A stretch of 44,570 bases of DNA, the filler included, from Jimgerdemannia flammicorona (lineage: Eukaryota), in NCBI GenBank assembly GCA_003990765.1. It is 2 parts of 2 records of this genome, joined end to end, with 100 filler letters (N's around TTAATTAATTAA, not from the genome) between each part and the next. Parts side by side here need not be neighbours in the genome. Positions count along the whole stretch, not along the records: positions 1 to 22,238 come from RBNJ01001314.1; positions 22,339 to 44,570 come from RBNJ01001315.1. One strand, 5' to 3'. Shown one piece after another: positions 13,155 to 22,924 of the stretch. Under the pieces are notes generated by a model. It ran no database searches and was not told the DNA's origin. It was given only the letters and a program-made list of their open reading frames with translations. Each line of letters begins with the position of its first letter. Position 1 is the stretch's first letter. The translations under genes were made by a program, and so were the position numbers.

Positions 13155-15165
13155 TGTTCTGGTGGTCAGGTTGTTGAGGTGGTGCAGAGTGGTAACAGTT
13201 GCTTGTGTTGCTGTTTGGGGTTTTCAGTTAGGGCAGGCACTGGCCATATGTCCTGTCTTTCGACAATAGAAGCATGCTTCACTTCTTCGAAGTTTATTTC
13301 TTTCTCCTTCAGTCAGTTTCTTGAAGGTACTCAGCTGGGCAGGTTTGTGATTTCTGGGTGTCTAAGAGGTGGATGTGGAGGGAGCTTGGGATGCTTCATG
13401 CTTGGGTTCTTCTTTCTTAGTCCAAGTCTTTTCCTTGTTATTGAATTGTCTTTGAGGCAGAATTGGTCCAACTGTTAGGATTTGCTTGACCATAGTCTTG
13501 ATTCTTGCCAGGCACTATTGTTGGTGATCACAACCAACTGGGCAGCCTTGTTCTTGGATTTTTCTAGTAAGCCATTCAGGTAGTGCATCAAATAAATGAT
13601 CTGCTCTTGTACCATTTCTTACTTCATCATTGGCAATATATCCTAGGCCAACAGTGTTCAGGAGTGACTCAAGTTTTGTACAGAAGGTTTCGAATTCTTC
13701 TTTGCCATGTACATCGAATTTGAGGTTATGGAGTTTTACTTGAGATTTGGCAATCATGGTTTCGCTGCGATATTGAGTAATCATGAGTTGTTTGAGTCCA
13801 GGGGCTGCAGGGTGGGCTCCATATCCTGGGGCATTGTTTGCTGCATTCTGAGCAACTACTGCAGGTTGGGTGTCTCAAGTGAGAGGTTTTTCAGGAAGGG
13901 TTCGCCACTATTCTTCAGCAGGTCCTTGAAGAATATAACAATTTGCTGGATATAGACTGTGGTGGTAGCAAAGAGTTGTTCTAGAGTGTGGTCTTGATTA
14001 TTTGTCAGAATACAGTTAGCAACTTGCTCATTGGTCTATTGATTGGCTTCAAAGTTGGTGTCAACTATACTAATGAAGCTTTGGACTTCTTGTGCAGTAC
14101 TATTGAAGGTAGGTAGGCTCAGATTTTTGGTAGGTCGGGTCTGTTCAGCTAGGGCAGTAATGGTTGCTGCCATTATCGCCACTTGGGCTGTGAGGTCTAG
14201 AATCTGTTGGTTCGCCATGTTGTTTACTAGAGGCAGTTGGACTGCTGGTAGTGGTGTTACTGGTACTACTTGAGGTACTGGTGTAGAGTGTGATGGAGTT
14301 CTTTGGGTCTGTGTAAGTTGCTGGAGTAGTAGTTGTGGGTCTGGAGTAAGAGCTTGATAGATAGCTGTCTGTTGCTGTGTCGGTATATTTTGTCCTGATG
14401 GAGGGGTGTCTCCTTCGGTAGTATATCTGGGATCGAATTCACTGAGATACTCCTCCTCCTCTTCGGTTTGGTCTCCATGTAATTGGGTCTGCTCAGCATC
14501 AAAGTAGATGGAATCAGTTGTATATCTAATTTCAGATGGACTTAATTCAAAGTCAAGTTCTGGTTCAGTATTGGTTTCAGATTCAGGTAGGGCTGTAGCA
14601 GGGCCTGCTCCTGGTTTGGGGTCAGGTAGTTGATGAAGGGTTTCTCTTGCTTCTTCTTTAAGAATATGGCAGGCCTTACTGTTCTGGAATCAGTAGTATA
14701 ATGCAGTCTTGGTCCTGGTATAGTGAAAGTCAGTAGAGTTGAGCCACTTGGCTATAGAGGCTTGGGCTTCATGAGGAACTATGGCTAGAAAGACTGCTGC
14801 TGGTTGTCCTAGGTCACTCAGATTTGTGGAGCTGATAAAACTCTTGTTGAGAAGAGTAAAGAAGACTTCAATAAGACCTTCTTCATCTTGACTTGCTGGG
14901 TGTAGTGCAAGGAGTTTGGTGAATAGAGTTTCACCTATTTGCTGGTTTAACTGGAGTACTTTTTTCTTTGAATGAAGTTTGTCCCACTTGTTGCAGGTAT
15001 AGAGGTCAAATTGTTCTTGGACATCAGGTTCAATTCTCTTCAGATTGTCAGATAGTTCAGGATAAATTCCAGTTCAGAGGTTGGGCTTCATACCAACTTG
15101 TAGGAATTCGCAGAGGGGTTTATAGTGGAGTGAGGAAGCATCTTGAAGCAGAATTAGATTATAAA

Positions 15166-15177
15166 CTGCTGCTATCA
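15166..15177 (-). other. Probable primer-binding site (initiator tRNA-Met-like, one G>A change)
   Basis: TGATAGCAGCAG, 3 nt inside the 5' LTR; resembles TGGTAGC..., the complement of eukaryotic tRNAiMet 3' ends. Confidence 0.55.
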
Positions 15178-15857
15178 AGTTGTAAGAGGGTTGCTTTTTA
15201 GGATAACCGTTACGTAGTTCTGGAAGGATTTTCTGGAAGTTCTGGATATTCTGGAAGACTGTTTTCTTATGGTCAAGATCAATTTTGTATGGAGTACATC
15301 CTCTATGCTTATTGATTTCAAGATCAGATTGATGTCTCAACCAAGGTCCTTTTTCGGACTAGTTCTGGATGTTCAGGATTTTCCATATTTCAGAAAGTTC
15401 AAGAAACTAAGACCAGCTTAGTTGAATTGGTGTATTGCTGCAGACAATACCTAATTAGGAAATTTCATGACAGGGTTAGGAGTGGGATCTAATGGGAAGT
15501 GGATTTACTTAAGAGTGGTTTGTGGGTTATTAAATAGAGTTATTCACTATTTATGATATTGCTATACTAGAAGTAGTTGTGTGAAGGGGTAGTGTGGGGA
15601 AGTGCTCAGAAGTTGTGTTTGGATTGTTTAGGTCTGAGATTCTGAGGTCTGAGGGAGGGGATATTTATACTAGTGAGGGGCTATCTGGACTATACTAAAT
15701 GTAGATATAGTACTTAGTGCCTTGCTGAGTCAGAATACAGTCACATAGTACAAGTATGATCTGATATATCAAGAGATCATCTGACTGCTAAGTCAGTTTA
15801 CAGTTATATCATATAATACTAATCTAACTATACTATGACTGCTAAGCTATTTATAAT

Positions 15858-16954
15858 TTAGGCACTGTCTGGGTAGTCTTTGATGACATCACCATCAATG
15901 ACATCATCTCTAATGAAGTAGTCATCTAGAAAAAGTGATTCGCAGATTACTTCTCCTTATTCACTGAGGTAATAATACATTGGGACTTCATCACCATCCC
16001 ACAGGATAGCATCATCTGTCTCGTATGCTGGATAAGGCATTGGCGGGTGAAGGAGTGATGTATCATCTTCGCTTTCATCAGATTCGCTGTCTGCATACCT
16101 TCTATAAGTTACCACACTATAAGTTGCAGGGTTATAGTAAGCTGGTGACTGTGGTTCATGTCACTCATACTCAGGTAGTGGAGTTGTTGGTTCAATGTCG
16201 AGGGTTGTCTGAAGGTACAGGTTGTATTCTCCAGTCTCTTCATTATAATTGAAGTAATTGGGAGCAAATGCAGGTTGGTATTCGTGCCAGTGGTTATTGT
16301 CCCAATAAGTCTTGTATGCAGTTATAAACTGTTGTAAGTTCATCAGCAAGGTTGGTGGCATGATCAGGGTTGGTAGAGATCCTTGGCTTGAGGTCATGTC
16401 GGCATCAGAGGGATCATTGTCATCTGCTTCATCTTTGTCGAAGTGGATTATATCATAGACATCCTTCATGGCATATCCAACTTGGGGCATTTGCAGAATG
16501 TGGTCGTCAGGGTGCGGGAAGGTTCTGTCTGTAGTTTCAACATACTCGAGGTACTTGTGGTTGAGTTCTTGTATCATGTCATCAATTTGGCCATAGGACA
16601 GAGTAGCAATCATTTCACTGATAGTGACTTGGAGGCAGAGAATAAAGGTGCTGTACTCATAAAAGAGTTCTCGGTATTTGCGGGTGATAAGTTCTGGTGT
16701 TGAGACATCTGGATAATGTCTGTATCATGGTGGTGTTCGACCATGTCTTCCAGGAGGCAGCTGATCTGGTAGTAGCTTGAGATTTGTCTGATCTGGTGGG
16801 CCTCATTAAGCATGTTCAGAGCATTTCATCAGGCTTCCACGAAGTAGAGGGGTGCTAGACTATGGATATTCATGATGGGTAGAGGGGGTGTAGCTCGGTT
16901 GATAATGGCATTCCAAATGTCAGTGCGGATGCGGTTATAGATCTCAGTGGTCAT
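15858..16954 (-). pseudogene. LTR(U3)-encoded ORF, 5' LTR copy (1-nt deletion near 16690)
   Basis: MTTEIYNRIRTDIWNAIINRATPPLPIMNIHSLAPLYFVEA... continues through track ORFs 16610-16813 and 16161-16613 to TAA 15957 or TAA 15858. Confidence 0.8.
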
Positions 16955-17021
16955 GTTTGTGTATTTGGAAGTTGTGATTATTGTTTGTTTTGGCTCTGCT
17001 TTGACATGTCTTGGTGCTCAG

Positions 17022-17127
17022 TATATATGCAATTGGTCCTGATTGGTAAGATTCCATTTGTGTGAATCTTGTGTTCTGTGACTTCATGTTGACTCGGCTT
17101 TGTATGCTGTGACTTTGGTTTGACTCA
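17022..17127 (-). promoter_or_regulatory. Candidate promoter for the LTR ORF (TATATA, two CCAAT boxes, TGAGTCA)
   Basis: TATATA 17022-17027 about 70 nt upstream of ATG 16954; CCAAT at 17032-17036 and 17042-17046; TGACTCA 17121-17127. Also present in the 3' LTR and partly at ~18030-18090. Motif evidence only. Confidence 0.45.
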
Positions 17128-17240
17128 GCTTCATAATCTTGCAGATGATTTCTAGATTTGTTCAGAGGTTGCAGGTGATTTTAGTAGCTTATTCAGAGGG
17201 TGATGTGTGATTTCGGTGACTTGGAGGTTGTACACTTACA

Positions 17241-17458
17241 GGTAAGATAGACAAGATGGCAAGATAGCAAGATAGGTAAGATGAGCAAGATAGGATAGAC
17301 AAGATGAGTAATATGAATAATATGGGTAAGACAGGCAAGATGGGCAAGATGTACAAGATGAGCAAGACAGACAAGATGGGTAAGATAGGCAAGATAGGCA
17401 AAACTGACAAGACAGACAAGATAGTAAGATGATAAGACAAGTAAGAAAGGCAAGATAG
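17241..17458. repeat. 9-10 bp minisatellite, right part
   Basis: Same unit as 4510-4960; begins with the GGTAA TSD. Confidence 0.95.
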
Positions 17459-17630
17459 GGAGGCACTAATAAGGGTACATCAGATATACCAAATACTAAG
17501 TACTTGAGATAGTTGGGGCTCACAATATATATCTACTCTTAGATAGGACAGACTAGATAGGAGGATGGTATGGGGTGATATTGTATCATTATTATTATAG
17601 ACAGCAGTAATAAAGAGAAGTCCAAGTGAC

Positions 17631-17661
<31 letters not shown>
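17455..17661 (+). mobile_element. Short 3' fragment of LINE family A
   Basis: Tail gtaataaagagaagtccaagtgactat-poly(A) matches 10316-10370. Left boundary approximate. Confidence 0.85.
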
Positions 17662-20600
17662 GATATTTGTAGCAATAAGTTTCTGATGTTGAGATATTTT
17701 AATAATGTTTATATCATTGTAGTGGTTAACTATATCTTCTAGAAGACAGCTAATCTGGTAGTAGTTGGAGATTTGTTCAATTAGGTAAATTTTACTAAGT
17801 ATGTTTAGAATATTATAATAGGCTTTTATGAAATAAAAGAGTACTAGATTATGAATATTAATGAGAAGTAGGGGAGCTGTGGCTTGGTTGACAATAATAT
17901 TCCAAATGTTAGCATAGATGCAGTTGTAGACTTTAGTAGTAATGTCTGGATATATATTGAGAGTTGTAGTTATAGTTTATTATAGTTCTTTATTTTTAAC
18001 ATACTATATATTTAGAATATGCTTTTGGTCCTGATTGGTAAGGTTCTATTTTTATATATCTTATATTCTGTAACTTTGAGTTGACTCAGCTTTATGATCT
18101 GTAACTTTGGTTTGACTTAGCTTTATAATCTTATATATGAATTCTGAATTTTCTCTGAGTGTAATATGTAATTTTAGTAGCTTAGAGATTGTGTACTTAC
18201 AACTCTCCCCTTTTTAGTTTTTGATATTCTTGTTGAGATCTTCTAATTTGGCTAGTGCTATTACACCAATTAGATGGTCAAAAGTCAGATAATATTCCTT
18301 TTTCTTAGAAAGTAATATACTTATAGTATAGTTGTTTAATATATTGAATTTATATATTAAAGAATTATGTATTTGATGTTATATATCAGAAGTGATTCTG
18401 ATATCATTCAGTGCTGGAGAATTTTCTCTAAGAAATCTTCTTAATTATTTATACCTCATTTCCCATCAGTAGTACAGAGAGAATAGGCTAGCTTTCAGTT
18501 TTGATATTTTTCTAGAGAGTTGATATTTCTTTTTTTCTTAGTTTGCTAAGTTCTCAATTTCATTTATGATAATTATAAGAGTACTTTTAACAATATTCAG
18601 GAGGGGTAATATATAGTATAGAAATGATAGGTTGAGGGATATTTAAACTAGTTGTTTAAGAAGTCATATTCTTAAACTAAGTTGATAGTATTCTGGAGAT
18701 TTGTTTTGAATTTTCATATAGTATAACTTTTTCATTTGACAAGATATTCTGGATGATTCTTGTGGCTGCATTTATTGAGAATTTGTTCAATATCATATTC
18801 TTCTTAATTATTAATAATGACAGGTACTAGTGGTTTTATAATTTGATTTGTGAATAGTTCATCATTATTTTCATTAGATTACTTGAGATATTGAATATTG
18901 AATCTTAGTATCTGATAGTACTAATTTGTAAAATATTGGAGAGACTTGTATAATGATTTCACATAGTCTTATGAACTTACTGTTCAGCTTTATAGAGTAT
19001 CTATACTTGAGGTTATCAACTTGATATTCTCAGATATTTAGTAGAACCTTTTCTCCAATATCAAAAGTTTCTTCTCAGTAGTACTGGTTGATATATTGTA
19101 ATTGTTACTCTTGAGTTTGAGATAAATTCTCAATAGCAATCTGGCTTAAGTTTTACATTTGAAGTAAGAATAATTGTATATTTGAAGTAAGAATTCTTCA
19201 ATAACTTCGATAGTAGAGAGTTCATCAGTAGTTCTGATAGTATTGAGAGAGTGTGTGGATTTTATTCTATATTGATAAAGAATGGGGTCATTCCAAAAAA
19301 GCTTATTTGCTGTTATTATTAGTAAACTCCACTATGATAAAGTATACATACCAATTATCTTATCTATAGAAAACATTATTCCTTAGCATTTGTTCTAGAG
19401 TTTGGTTCATTCTTTTAGTTTGTCTATTAGTTTCAGAGTGAAAGATAGTGAATAGTACTAGTTTTGTTCCAAGGTGTACATATATGGCTTTCCAAAAATG
19501 GCTAATAAACTTTGGATTACAGTTAATAACAATTATCTTAGAAAGGCCATAATAGTGAAAGATATTGTCAAATAAGAGTATAGTAATGTCTGGTGCTATT
19601 GTGGTAGTAGCAGTAGGTATACATAAAATGAGCTTATTTGCTAAGATAGTCTACAAAGACAATAATTGCATCTTTTCCATTCTTGGTTCAGAGTAGTTGT
19701 ATAATGAAGTCTATAGAGATTTGTTCCCAATTAGCAGATAGTACTGAAATAGAGTATAGTAGTCTAGATTTTGCTAGAGTTGAGGACTTGTTACATTGGT
19801 AGATATTATAAGAAGTGATATAAGTCTTTAACTAGTCTGCCAATAGGGTCAATAGAAGTTTTGGGAAATAACTTTATAATATTTATTAAATCCTAAATGT
19901 CTAACTGTAGAAGCACATGATATTCAAACAGAATAATTCTTTGGAGGTCTCAATTATTAGAAATATACAATCTATTCTTATAATAGGTAGTATTGTCCTT
20001 CAATTAGTATTGATGATATTGGAAGTACTTATTAATATCATTACCATCCCTTTCTCTGCTATCTTACTAGTTACAATAGTTTGGTAGGCAACCTTCCAAG
20101 TTCACTTTCTACTACTTTTACCCCCTCTACCTCAGGTTGGTTTGCTGCATCTGTTGCAGAGCAGTGGGGAGAAGACAATGGTGATAAGTTGCCCCTTTAT
20201 TGGTGTCTGATCAGTATCTTCTCTACTTTGTCATGGTTTCTGATACTTTTGGCTGTATCTGGAGTACATTCATTTTGGCGCAGTGCTTTCTTCCTTTTGC
20301 CATTACCACCAAGGTATTGTCTCAGTGCATTATGGGTTAAGTAGGGAGTTAGCCAACCTTGGGTGTCAAGTGTCCAGTATAGGTTATCTGCAGGTCCTTG
20401 GTGCCTGTGGTGGGGCCCTCTGGCTTTGGCAAGCTTCTTGGTGAGTGTGGTTCTGGTGTAGGTGACTGTTTTTCAGGTATTGTTGGGATGGAAGAGGAGG
20501 TGGCCATTACAGATAGGAGGAGGAGCAATTATGGTAAACCAGTAGGATACCAGACTGGGGGTGGTCATCAGAGCTAGAGCAAGTGCTGCTTTGGTGGGGC

Positions 20601-21298
20601 CTTTTGATTGGTGTGGAGTGGTTAGATAGTAGGTATCACTCTTAGCTTCTTTTGGTGATTTGGTGGGTTGGGCCCCAGTCATTGGGGGGGGGTTGGGGGG
20701 CCTGAGGCTATCCATTTCAGGTATCTTGGCTGCACTTAACTGGAACTGAGAGCTGATATAGCAATGTGATCGAGGCTTATAGGCTTGAGTAGTGGGGTAT
20801 TGGGGGTCTCCTCCCACCTCATGTATAAGTCCTTTACTCACCTCAACTGGGAGAACCAGAACCTACCCACTATGATATATTTTGATAAGAGTTTTCTTTG
20901 TCTGTTATTCTTCTTTGGGTGGCAGGGGCTATTCTATTCAGCTTGGGCATGGCCTTATACATATATTGGGGTCTCAGGCATATGCTTTTAGTCATTGGCA
21001 TATGGCTGGGTTCTCCTTAGTAGTAGGAAGAGCATAGTATACAGAATGAGGTGCAGGCCAACATAGGCCCTGCTGCATCTAATATGATTGAGCTATTAGA
21101 CAATAGCTAGTCTAGATTAATGGGGGAACAGTGCTTGATGGGTGGTGGGGGAGGGTTTTGGCCAATATAGTTTAGGTTCTCTTCTAATAAAAATCCATAA
21201 GACATTGAGTCTGTTAAAAAAAAATAAAAAAAAATAAAAAAAATTAATATCATCACTGCTCAGAATTTCTCAGAGTACTTGACCCTCTTTATCATCAG
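17662..21298 (-). mobile_element. Partial, more decayed Gypsy related to the full-length element (part of 3' LTR 17662-18201, PPT, chromodomain, integrase)
   Basis: Colinear with ~6460-8740 and ~10370-10540. LTR end CTTACA at 18201 followed by the PPT. Interrupted by a retroposon at 20045-21242 and by hAT copy 2 at 21299. Confidence 0.93.
20045..21242 (+). mobile_element. Poly(A) retroposon family B, copy 1 (probable LINE ORF2 tail plus long 3' UTR)
   Basis: Ends aataaa...aagacattgagtctgtt-poly(A). TSD attaatatcat(t/c)ac at 20031-20044 and 21243-21256. Homologous to 25084-26319. Confidence 0.88.
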
Positions 21299-22238
21299 TA
21301 GTACTCTAAATGAGTCAGTTCAAACCAGTTCAAATTCATTACATGATCAATTCAAACTGATCAGGATCAGTTCAAATTTGTCACATGATTAATTTGAATT
21401 AGTTTGAATTGTGACTGCTCTGATTCAAATCTCTAAATTGGTAATTCAAATTACTAAATTCAAATCATCAAATTTGAATCACTGAATTTGAATCATCAAA
21501 TTTGAATTATCAGATTTGAATTGCCAAATTTGAATTCTTGATTCAAATCACTGAATTCAAATCTCTAAATTTAAATCAGCATTTGAATCATCTGATTTGA
21601 ATCCTATGATAAATCCAATTTATTATATAATTCATTTATATGTATAAATAGAGAAAAATATTCTCAGGTATATATATAAGCATATGTACACAAACACAAC
21701 TACCTATACATATATGTATACATATATGTACACACACATACACACACACTATATCAACATCAACATCAATAGATCAGTCATCAGTATTTTCTAATACTAG
21801 TAATACTTCAAGTCAGACTTCCTTGAACAATGTCCAACCTTTCTTAAATAATATTCTGCACTATGCTCCTCATTCCAAAGTTTGACAACACTGTACCAAA
21901 ACTGGAGAAAATGAAGTTACTTACAAATATTACAGGTATTTGTTTTTTTTTTTTTTTTTTAAAAAAGAAAAAAAAATTAATAATTGTTTTAGATATATTT
22001 TATTTGATATAAATATAAATTTTTTAAAATATTGACAGAAATATAAAACACACAGTGGTTCTATAACAAATACGATAAAGCACATAAAGGCCCAACATTT
22101 AGATAAAATGGAGTTAAATATAGTATCAAGTAAAATTGATATTCCAGCTGTAGTAAGTATATGATCTCTTTTTTATTTTTGTATAAATTTGAAAATATAT
22201 CTTTCATATTTAAAGTTTTTCTTTTTTTTTTATAAAAA
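21299..22238 (+). mobile_element. hAT transposon copy 2, 5' portion (runs into the gap)
   Basis: Inverted homology to 2420-2890 plus 4180-4503, with the same terminus TAGTACTCT.AATGAGTCAG and subterminal repeats. Confidence 0.9.
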
Positions 22239-22338
22239 NNNNNNNNNNNNNNNNNNNNNNNNNNNNNNNNNNNNNNNNNNNNTTAATTAATTAANNNNNN
22301 NNNNNNNNNNNNNNNNNNNNNNNNNNNNNNNNNNNNNN
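22239..22338. other. Assembly gap with artificial six-frame stop linker
   Basis: 44 N + TTAATTAATTAA (22283-22294) + 44 N, exactly 100 nt. Confidence 0.97.
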
Positions 22339-22920
22339 CTCCCCCCTACCCCTTCTCAACAAAAGACCACTTTATCAAACACCATCTCCACCTGCCCACT
22401 ACTCTGTTCACAGATCCCTTCCACCAGATGGTGATGTTGCCCACCTTGTGGTCCCCATCCAACCCACCACCCCATCAGCAAATCTGTCACCAACTCCTCC
22501 CATCTCAACAACTTCTCCCATATCCCTATCTGTCACCTCTCCTCGAAAACAAAGAGCCAATGGCCAGCCAACCCCACCCACACTGCCACAACCCACTCTA
22601 CAGTAAGCCACCTATTGCCGACACCTCCCACAAGTCTAGATTCCAGATCTTCCCAGCAACCTCTCTCTCTATCTGGTCTCCTCTCAACCCCTAGCCAGTC
22701 TCCTACAGCTATCCAAAAGTCCCCCAGCACCTCATACTCCCCCAGCCAATGTTTTGGCATTTGTACAAATCTCCCAACTTGCCCAACATTATAACACTCC
22801 TCACAATCCAGTTGACCACCATCCACCAGATGCCCAGCATGGAAGTTCAACATAACATTCCTCTGCAACATTTACCACCACACTACTCAGAACTTGGAAG
22901 GAAGCCACTGCCATACCTCT
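22339..22920 (-). mobile_element. LINE family A fragment (ORF2 zinc-finger end)
   Basis: Track ORF 22533-22871 (MLQRNVMLN...CEEC...HWLGE) is homologous to ORF 9700-10275. Confidence 0.9.
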
Positions 22921-22924
22921 GTAC

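Larger units (their letters stand above)
7452..15091 (-). pseudogene. gag-dUTPase-pol polyprotein pseudogene
   Basis: ATG 15091; zinc knuckle CFYCRKTGHMASAC 13233-13274; dUTPase; protease IDSGASGNF (DSG 12468-12476); [11 protein letters not shown]...YIDD (11351-11596); RNase H TTDASD (~10940-10955); integrase (7914-8730 and ~10390-10500); chromodomain EYKVEQIL...YLVKWKGY...TWEP (7452-7655). Knuckle, dUTPase and protease are in one frame. Stops and small indels throughout. Confidence 0.97.
4961..17240 (-). mobile_element. Full-length Ty3/Gypsy chromovirus LTR retrotransposon (inactivated), carrying a nested LINE
   Basis: Two ~2.06 kb direct repeats TGTAAG...CTTACA, TSD GGTAA at 4956-4960 and 17241-17245, PPT and PBS-like sites, domain order gag-dUTPase-PR-RT-RH-IN-chromodomain. 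Confidence 0.98.
15181..17240 (-). repeat. 5' LTR (2060 bp)
   Basis: Direct repeat of 4961-7021. Minus-strand TATAAA at 15664-15669. Confidence 0.97.

Noticed and set aside
22283..22294. Palindromic TTAATTAATTAA island within Ns
   Set aside because: Artificial contig-joining linker. True gap size and adjacency across it are unverified.
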